Below are positions 26,230-32,323 of a DNA stretch of 32,323 bases, one piece after another (the first letter of the stretch is position 1; the number at the start of each line of letters is the position of its first letter). Both the position numbers and the translations under genes were made by a program. The notes below the pieces were generated by a model, which searched no databases, was not told the DNA's origin, and saw nothing but the letters and a program-made list of their open reading frames with translations. This DNA comes from Planctomycetota bacterium. Lineage in GTDB: Bacteria; Planctomycetota; Planctomycetia; Planctomycetales; Planctomycetaceae. The stretch lies in the NCBI GenBank assembly GCA_043718305.1, contig JAYSVZ010000725.1, positions 1 through 32,323 on the forward strand. The letters are read 5' to 3'.

Positions 26230-27995
26230 AGATCCTTGCAACATCACGTTGGCCGATACGGCTCGTGGGATTGGCTGTCGGGTGCCTGCTGCTTGGTGGT
26301 TGCCAACCATCGACAGCGCCCGCACCCGCACCCGTGGTCACCACAACTTCGGGTGGCGGATGGAACTTCGAAAACATCACGGAACAATCGGGGGTTCGCT
26401 GCCGTTACGAAAATGGACGGTCAGCGGGACACTACGCCATCCTGGAATCGCTGGGTGGTGGGGTGGGACTGCTCGACTTGGATCGGGATGGTCTGCTCGA
26501 TCTGCTGTTTCCCGGGGGTGGACAGTTCCAGGGCCATGAACGGGTGGAGATTGTTGGTCTGCCGATGAGTTGTTTCCGGGGATTGGGTGAGAATCGCTGG
26601 CGAGACATTTCCCTGGTCTCGGGGCTCGCCGAGCCGCACCAGTATTCGCATGGCGTCGCGATTGCCGATTACGACAACGATGGGTTCGACGATGTCGCCG
26701 TGACCGGGTATGGGGGCGTCACTTTGTGGAGCAATATGGGGGATGGGACGTTTGAATCGCTCGATCCAAGTTGCGGGCTTACGGACGATTTATGGAGTTC
26801 GAGTGCGGGCTGGGGCGATCTGGATGGAGACGGAAACCTCGACTTGTATCTGGCGCACTACGTCGATTGGTCGCTCGCCAACAACCCGGCTTGCCCTTCA
26901 CCATCTCCTTCCCATCCTCGCGATATCTGCCCGCCGCGAAAATTTAATGGACTTGATGATCGAGTCTTTCGCAATGCCGGCGACGGGACGTTTCGTGATG
27001 CATCGAAGGAGTGGGGTCTCGTGCCGCAGGGGAAAGGCCTGGGGGTGGTTCTAGCCGATGTGGATGACGATGCAGATACCGACATCTATGTGGCCAACGA
27101 TACCGTCAACAACTTTCTCTACATCAACGAGGGGAATGGATCGTTGGCTGAATCGGGACTGCAATCGGGGACCGCCGTCGATTTCCAGGGGAAGCCGACC
27201 GGAAGTATGGGGGTCGAGTTCTTTGACTATGACCAGGATTCGAAGGGCGATCTGTGGGTCACGAATTTTGAACAGGAGACTTTTTCGCTGTACCACAACC
27301 TGGGCGACCGGCAGTTCTTGGATGTCAGCCGTGACACCGGCATTAGTGCTGTCGGCGATCTGTTTGTGGGGTTCGGAACGGTCGCCAAAGACCTTGATGG
27401 AGACGGTGATATCGATCTGGCCATCGCCAATGGACATGTGATTTACTACCCCAACAAGGCCCCGTTCGAACAGCAGTCTCTGGTCCTCGAAAACGTCGGA
27501 CCACTCGGCTTCCAGCGCGTGAAGTTCCCCGAGGAAAGCTTCTTCTCGAAACGCTTTCCATCACGCGGGCTGGCTGCTGGTGATCTCGACCGGGACGGAT
27601 TGACGGACCTCGTCGTGTCGACGCTGAACAGCGCACCGCAAATCCTTCGAAACGCGACCCTCGCCAAGGGGCAGCGAATTCGCATGGTGCTCAGCGGAAC
27701 CCGGGCCAACCGTTCCGCGATTGGAACTCGTGTGGTTCTGAAGACTTCGTTGGGCGATCGTGTCGGATGGCTCAACGGGGGGGGATCCTACTTGTCAGCC
27801 AGCGAACTCGTTTGCGATTTCTTCGTCCCCTCGAATGAGGCGGCTTGCACTGCGATCATCCACTGGCCGTATGGACCTGCGCAGCCTTCGGGACCGCTTG
27901 AACCCGGCATGGACTATGCAATCTGGGAACAACCGGGGCACGGGGAGTCCCGGACTCTCTCACTCCGATCAGCAAGCCTGCAATCCACTCAATGA
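26226..27995 (+). CDS. CRTAC1-family (ASPIC/UnbV) FG-GAP/VCBS-repeat lipoprotein
   Basis: Lipobox LLLGGC. Repeated Ca-binding FG-GAP motifs (DYDNDGFDDVAVTG, DLDGDGNLDLYLAHY, DVDDDADTDIYVAND, DLDGDGDIDLAIANG, DLDRDGLTDLVVS). C-terminal UnbV-like GGGSYLSASE. Confidence 0.85.
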   Translation: MKILATSRWPIRLVGLAVGCLLLGGCQPSTAPAPAPVVTTTSGGGWNFENITEQSGVRCRYENGRSAGHYAILESLGGGVGLLDLDRDGLLDLLFPGGGQFQGHERVEIVGLPMSCFRGLGENRWRDISLVSGLAEPHQYSHGVAIADYDNDGFDDVAVTGYGGVTLWSNMGDGTFESLDPSCGLTDDLWSSSAGWGDLDGDGNLDLYLAHYVDWSLANNPACPSPSPSHPRDICPPRKFNGLDDRVFRNAGDGTFRDASKEWGLVPQGKGLGVVLADVDDDADTDIYVANDTVNNFLYINEGNGSLAESGLQSGTAVDFQGKPTGSMGVEFFDYDQDSKGDLWVTNFEQETFSLYHNLGDRQFLDVSRDTGISAVGDLFVGFGTVAKDLDGDGDIDLAIANGHVIYYPNKAPFEQQSLVLENVGPLGFQRVKFPEESFFSKRFPSRGLAAGDLDRDGLTDLVVSTLNSAPQILRNATLAKGQRIRMVLSGTRANRSAIGTRVVLKTSLGDRVGWLNGGGSYLSASELVCDFFVPSNEAACTAIIHWPYGPAQPSGPLEPGMDYAIWEQPGHGESRTLSLRSASLQSTQ

Positions 27996-30900
27996 GACTT
28001 CCGATCGCCACTACACGACAAAGGGCCAAGATGGTTTACGCGGGTGAGAGGCTGATCGTTGCTGTTCACTTGGTCGCGGTCCTGTTCGTCTTGGGGCTGG
28101 GCTCGGCGGCGTTGGCGGCTGACTTTGAAGCGGATATTCGGCCCCTCTTGGCTAGGCACTGTATCGGCTGCCACGGGCCGCAGAAGCAGGAGGGGGGGCT
28201 GCGGCTGGACCAGCGGGCGGCGGCGCTGCGTGGGGGGGATAGTTATGCTCCGGGGATCGTTCCGGGGTCGAGTGATTCCAGTCCGCTCTTTCAATTTGTG
28301 AGTCGTGAGGATGCGGATCGGAAGATGCCGCCCAAGGGGCCGCAGCTTTCGGCGGGTGAGATTCAGGCCCTTAAGGAGTGGATCGACGCGGGGGCGGATT
28401 GGCCCGATGCGGCAGCCAACGAGGGGGGGCAGTCGACGCACTGGGCTTTTCAACCGCTCGTCCGTCCGGCGGTGCCTGCGCAAGCCCAGCCGGTCGAAGG
28501 CCGGGCAGGAATGCCCGCCTTACAGTCGATCGATGCCTTCATCCGCGAGAAGCTGGCTGAGCAGCACCTCGCCCCCAGCCCCGAGGCGGACCACCGGACG
28601 CTCATCCGGCGGTTGTCGTTCGACCTGCTCGGGCTGCCCCCTTCCCCGAAAGAGGTCGCGGCGTTCATCGTTGATCCCGACCCGCTGGCTTACGAAAAAC
28701 TGGTCGACCGGTATCTCGCCTCGCCGCAGTTTGGGGAGCGAGCTGCGAGGTTCTGGCTCGACACGGTGCGGTTCGCTGAGAGCGATGGCTTCGAGACGAA
28801 TCAACCACGGCCCCATGCGTGGCGGTATCGCGACTATGTGATCGATGCCTTCAACCGCGATTTGCCTTACGACCAGTTCGTGAAAGAGCAGCTCGCCGGG
28901 GACCAGCTCGAAGCGGGAGTGGCCACGGGATTCCTCGTTGGCGGAGCGTGGGACCGCGTGAAGAGTCCCGATCCGGTCCTGACTGCGCAGCAGCGGGCGG
29001 ATGAGTTGCACGACATGGTGAGTACGACGGGGTCGGTCTTTTTGGGTCTGACGGTCGGGTGTGCGCGATGCCACTCGCACAAGTTCGATCCGATCCCGCA
29101 GACCGACTACTACGCCATGAAGGCCGTCTTCGAAGGCGTGATGCATGGCGATCGCGAGATCGCAGCCCCGGTGACTCCCCTGACGCAGCAGCGCGTCGAG
29201 ACGCTCACACGCGAGATCGCCGACTTCGATGGCCAACTTCGCGAGTTCGAACCGCTGGCGACCTTGCGCGACACGCACTTCATTCGCCCTACCGACACCG
29301 CGCGGACCGGCCACTTGCTGACCCAGCCCACACCCGCGATTGCGACGGGCTCGCAGCGCGGGGCTTCCCTCGATCCGGGGCAAGGGGCGCACTGCCCGAA
29401 TCTCAGCGCTGGCTATCTCTACTGGAAAATTCCCGCCGGGACTGATGCGTTCACCTGGAAGCCGCAGCTCACGGGCCAGTACCGGTTCTGGGTCTCGTGG
29501 GGCTGTGGTCATAAGAGCCACTCGACCGATGCGCGGTATCTGGTTGATCGGGATGGCGACTTGACCACCAAGGAGGACCAGCGCGAGTTCCTCAAAGCCA
29601 ACCACCAACGATTCGCGGATGAGTCCGACTCGATCCCGGAAGAGCCGCTCTGGAGCGGATTGAAAGACGGCGGCGTAGTCGAGCTGACCCCGTCGAGTGT
29701 GGTCCTGCTGCGGCAGGGAAACGAGGAGAGTTTTGTCACGGCGGATGTGGCCGTGTTCCAGGCAGTGAGTGGTGAAGCCGAGGACCGCCCCGCGCTCCGA
29801 GTGCCGGTGACGCGCGATCTGAATGTCGATCGCTTCGCCCCGGTGTCGGCGAAGTTCCTGCGGTTTACGGTGCTGGCGACATCGGATGCTGAGCCGTGCA
29901 TTGATGAGTTGGAGGTGATGGCCCGCATGGAAGGGCAAGTGAGCCGCTTCGATGCGGGCGATGCGGGCGACCCCGAAGGGGTCACAGAAATTAGCCGGTG
30001 GTTGAGCGCAGCGACACCACCGGTCACGGAGTCTCAGCACGGACCCCATCCCGGAGGGATGGCAGAACCGGATGCTTCACTCAGCTTGTTTCTACGCGTT
30101 GTTAAGGCTGGAATAACACATTCGGATGATCGAGATGTGAGCCGCGAGGCGCTAGCCGCGGGTTCTGACGGGCGGACGATGGAAGAACCGGCGGCTAGCG
30201 CCTTGCCGCTCACAAATGTGTCATTCCAGACCGCTCGAAGAATCAGTTCGTTCGGCTCGATGACCAGGGGTGTCGTTGCGCTGAATTCGATTCCGAACAT
30301 CGTCTCGCCACCCGCCCCTCACCCCCAGCCCCTCTCCCGGGAGGAGAGGGGAGCCGGAAAGCGGACGGTGGTGCATTCATTCGTTTCCCACACGCCGCCC
30401 ACTCCCGAATATCAAAACATCGCCCTCTCGTCTCTCGGCACCAAGGCCACAGCCTCCGGAACCTACCCCAACAACGAGTTCCACAAGCTCGAGCACATCC
30501 ACGATGGTCTTTACGGCAATGCGAAGTCGTGGATCTCGAACGAAACGGGGCGGGGGTGGATTCAGTTTGAGTTCCCAAAGCAACGCGAGATCAGCGAGGT
30601 CCGCTGGAGCCGCGATCGGGCGAACTCGCCGCAGTTTGCGGACCGCGTGGCGACCAGCTACGTGATCGAGGCCTCCGTCGATGGCCAGACCTGGAGCAAG
30701 GTCGCTTCCAGCGGAGATCGGTTGCCGTATTCAATGACTGTGCCCGGTGGGCGACTGATTCGGGCTGAGGGAGCCGATGCTCAGCAGCGATTCACCGCTC
30801 TACAAACACGCCGTGAGGCACTCTCGAAGGAGTTGGCCCCCCTCATCGAGAAGCCCAAAGCCTATGCCGGACAGTTCGTGACTCCGCCCCCGACCATGCG

Positions 30901-31936
30901 GCTCAGTCGTGGTGATGTCACCCAGCCGAAAGAGGTCGTCGCTCCGGCATCTCTGTCGGAACTCGTGACGCCAGTCAAACTCGCCGCCGACGCTCCCGAG
31001 GCGCAGCGGCGTATGGCCCTCGCCGACTGGATCACCAGTCGCGACAACCCACTCACTGCCCGCGTGATCGTCAATCGGCTCTGGCTACAACACTTTGGCG
31101 AAGGGCTGGTCGACACGCCCTCTGACTTCGGGGCCAACGGTGGGAAGCCCACGCATCCGGAGTTGCTCGACTGGCTGGCGAGTGAGTTGATGGGGGAAAG
31201 ACGAGAGACAAGAGACGAGAGACAAGAGCCAGAGACTGGATCCGCGTCCGACTCCGCTGGCTCTCGGCTCTCGTCTCTTCCCTCTCGTCTTTCTTCCCCC
31301 TGGTCCCTCAAGCACATCCATCGCTTGATCTGTCTGTCCGCCACCTATCGTCAGTCGAGCAGTCCGCGTGATGATGGCTTGGCGATTGACGGCGCGTCCC
31401 GGCTTCTGTGGCGATACCCTTCCAGACGCTTGGAGGCGGAGTCGATCCGCGATGCGATCCTCACTGTCAGCGGTCAGCTCGATCTCCGCCCAGGCGGCCC
31501 CGGCTTCGATCTCTTCGAGGCCAACACCAACTACGTGAAGGTCTACAACTCGAAACGGGAGTTCACTCGCGACGACTTCCGGCGGATGATCTACCAGAAC
31601 AAACCTCGGATGCAGTTGGAGGACACCTTCGGGAATTTCGACTGCCCCGATGCCGGGCAAGTCACACCCAAACGCACGAGCAGCACCACCGCACTACAAG
31701 CTCTAAGTCTGCTCAATAGCCCGTTCCTGCTTCAGCAGTCGCAAGCGTTCGCCACCCGCTTGGAGCAGGCTACCAGCACGACCGAGGACCGTGTCGGGCG
31801 GGCCTTTGAAGTGGCGTTCGGTCGCAGCCCCACGGAGGATGAGCGGACGAAGGCGGTCGAGTTCGTGAATCAACATGGTCTGACCATGTTCTGCCGGGCG
31901 TTGTTTAACACGCATGAGTTCGTGATGGTGAGATGA
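27992..31936 (+). CDS. PSCyt1 / DUF1549 (PSCyt2) / discoidin-like / DUF1553 (PSD1) protein, 1314 aa
   Basis: [25 protein letters not shown] (c-type heme CxxCH); [27 protein letters not shown] and [25 protein letters not shown]; [19 protein letters not shown]. Two F5/8-type-C-like segments ([21 protein letters not shown]; [15 protein letters not shown]...[15 protein letters not shown]). C-terminal [27 protein letters not shown] and [27 protein letters not shown]. The start overlaps the previous stop (ATGA at 27992); ATG 28031 is an alternative. It contains five in-frame repeat-element copies (see findings). Confidence 0.9.
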   Translation: MRLPIATTRQRAKMVYAGERLIVAVHLVAVLFVLGLGSAALAADFEADIRPLLARHCIGCHGPQKQEGGLRLDQRAAALRGGDSYAPGIVPGSSDSSPLFQFVSREDADRKMPPKGPQLSAGEIQALKEWIDAGADWPDAAANEGGQSTHWAFQPLVRPAVPAQAQPVEGRAGMPALQSIDAFIREKLAEQHLAPSPEADHRTLIRRLSFDLLGLPPSPKEVAAFIVDPDPLAYEKLVDRYLASPQFGERAARFWLDTVRFAESDGFETNQPRPHAWRYRDYVIDAFNRDLPYDQFVKEQLAGDQLEAGVATGFLVGGAWDRVKSPDPVLTAQQRADELHDMVSTTGSVFLGLTVGCARCHSHKFDPIPQTDYYAMKAVFEGVMHGDREIAAPVTPLTQQRVETLTREIADFDGQLREFEPLATLRDTHFIRPTDTARTGHLLTQPTPAIATGSQRGASLDPGQGAHCPNLSAGYLYWKIPAGTDAFTWKPQLTGQYRFWVSWGCGHKSHSTDARYLVDRDGDLTTKEDQREFLKANHQRFADESDSIPEEPLWSGLKDGGVVELTPSSVVLLRQGNEESFVTADVAVFQAVSGEAEDRPALRVPVTRDLNVDRFAPVSAKFLRFTVLATSDAEPCIDELEVMARMEGQVSRFDAGDAGDPEGVTEISRWLSAATPPVTESQHGPHPGGMAEPDASLSLFLRVVKAGITHSDDRDVSREALAAGSDGRTMEEPAASALPLTNVSFQTARRISSFGSMTRGVVALNSIPNIVSPPAPHPQPLSREERGAGKRTVVHSFVSHTPPTPEYQNIALSSLGTKATASGTYPNNEFHKLEHIHDGLYGNAKSWISNETGRGWIQFEFPKQREISEVRWSRDRANSPQFADRVATSYVIEASVDGQTWSKVASSGDRLPYSMTVPGGRLIRAEGADAQQRFTALQTRREALSKELAPLIEKPKAYAGQFVTPPPTMRLSRGDVTQPKEVVAPASLSELVTPVKLAADAPEAQRRMALADWITSRDNPLTARVIVNRLWLQHFGEGLVDTPSDFGANGGKPTHPELLDWLASELMGERRETRDERQEPETGSASDSAGSRLSSLPSRLSSPWSLKHIHRLICLSATYRQSSSPRDDGLAIDGASRLLWRYPSRRLEAESIRDAILTVSGQLDLRPGGPGFDLFEANTNYVKVYNSKREFTRDDFRRMIYQNKPRMQLEDTFGNFDCPDAGQVTPKRTSSTTALQALSLLNSPFLLQQSQAFATRLEQATSTTEDRVGRAFEVAFGRSPTEDERTKAVEFVNQHGLTMFCRALFNTHEFVMVR
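28499..28519 (+). repeat. intragenic copy of the ggacgggcaggaatgcccgtcc palindrome family
   Basis: ggccgggcaggaatgcccgcc with flanks gaagg...ttac, like the intergenic copies at 1202 and 1767. It is translated as GRAGMPA. Confidence 0.7.
29969..30068 (+). repeat. intragenic copy of the ttagccggtggttgagcg element
   Basis: gaccccgaaggggtc-acagaaattagccggtggttgagcgcagcgacaccaccgg...ccatcccggagggatggcagaac, collinear with the reverse complement of 1545-1642. Confidence 0.85.
30108..30229 (+). repeat. intragenic ~120-nt near-perfect hairpin element
   Basis: Left arm is ctggaataacacattcg...gtgagccgcgaggcgctagccgcgggttct. Right arm is agaaccggcggctagcgccttgccgctcac...aaatgtgtcattccag. The loop is about 17 nt. 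Confidence 0.8.
30316..30358 (+). repeat. intragenic copy of the cccctctcc-N5-ggagagggg hairpin element
   Basis: ctcacccccagcccctctcccgggaggagaggggagccgga. The near-identical intergenic copy ctcacccccaacccctctcccggggggagaggggagccgga lies at about 32041-32082. Confidence 0.85.
31192..31300 (+). repeat. intragenic ~109-nt purine/pyrimidine-arm hairpin element
   Basis: Left arm is gggggaaagacgagagacaagagacgagagacaagag. Right arm is ctctcggctctcgtctcttccctctcgtctttcttccccc. The loop is about 26 nt. Confidence 0.8.
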
Positions 31937-32112
31937 TTGTCGCCGACTTCTCCGAAGTTGGTGGAGCAAGGTGACCCGTAGAGCGGACGTTCGAGTGACA
32001 ATGCCGGTCCGCTGATGCGGGAGTCATCCTGACACTCACCCTCACCCCCAACCCCTCTCCCGGGGGGAGAGGGGAGCCGGAATTTAGAGTCGCTAACAAC
32101 AGAGCAACACCC

Positions 32113-32323
32113 ATGCATCCCCTTCTCAATCGTCGCACAGTCCTCGGCCAGTTCAGCACGGGTCTTGCCGGGTTGGCTCTCGCTTCGCTGAACGAACGGC
32201 GTCTTACCCGAGCCAATGACCGCTCGCCGATTCGACCGTTGGTCGACCCGGCCCAACCGCATGCCGCCCGGCAACCACACTTCGCCCCCAAGGCGAAGAA
32301 TGTCCTGATGATCTTCTGCTCGG
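32113..32323 (+). CDS. DUF1501 domain protein, N-terminal fragment (runs off window)
   Basis: ATG 32113, open to the window end, so it is absent from the ORF track. MHPLLNRRTVLGQFSTGLAGLALASL (Tat/signal-like) ... PHFAPKAKNVLMIFCS matches the start of the DUF1501 core. This is the canonical position downstream of a DUF1549/DUF1553 gene. Confidence 0.75.
   Translation, partial: MHPLLNRRTVLGQFSTGLAGLALASLNERRLTRANDRSPIRPLVDPAQPHAARQPHFAPKAKNVLMIFCS

Noticed and set aside
28520-30049. 509-aa ORF on the minus strand
   Set aside because: It is antisense to the motif-rich PSCyt/DUF1549 region. Its Arg-rich low-complexity translation marks it as a GC-bias artefact.
1-32323. Search by eye for tRNA, rRNA, tmRNA, RNase P, SRP RNA and riboswitch signatures in all intergenic gaps
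   Set aside because: I found no T-loop (GGTTCGAATCC-type) or other diagnostic conserved blocks. A covariance-model scan (tRNAscan-SE, cmscan) would be needed to be certain.

Overview
GC-rich chromosomal segment (roughly 55-60% GC by eye, not computed). I assign it to a Planctomycetota genome because it carries hallmark families: a DUF1559 H-X9-DG pseudopilin-like protein, a giant PSCyt1/DUF1549/DUF1553 protein, two DUF1501 proteins and a CRTAC1/ASPIC-UnbV FG-GAP lipoprotein. I can support 24 protein-coding genes. They comprise housekeeping genes (alaS, rsmH, greA, a stand-alone CoaB-type gene); metabolism and transport genes (SDR, MR/MLE enolase-superfamily enzyme, POT peptide transporter, GT39-like membrane glycosyltransferase); a Fur-family regulator followed by a Zn-ribbon/alpha-beta-hydrolase membrane protein; an HlyD-type adaptor with no transporter partner plus a small membrane protein; an unclassifiable 516-aa coiled-coil protein; and a co-directional ~9-kb block of planctomycete-specific envelope genes (23380 to the window end). 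I saw no rRNA, tRNA, CRISPR array, transposase, integrase or phage gene, and no recognisable defence or toxin module. The most unusual property is the repeat content. Almost every intergenic gap longer than ~150 nt is filled with short palindromic or inverted-repeat elements from several families, many present 2-4 times in the window and often arranged as large nested palindromes. Five such copies lie in-frame inside the 1314-aa PSCyt/DUF1553 ORF without breaking it. Other points worth follow-up are a ~350-nt repeat with 30-nt terminal inverted repeats and a conserved core (two copies), a 137-nt tandem repeat in a convergent gap, a small Cys-rich membrane protein gene preceded in-frame by a 7-codon mini-ORF and tandem TGA TGA, and the transporter-less HlyD/small-protein pair divergent from the Fur gene. 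All family assignments rest on motifs I recognise in the translations; no database search was run.
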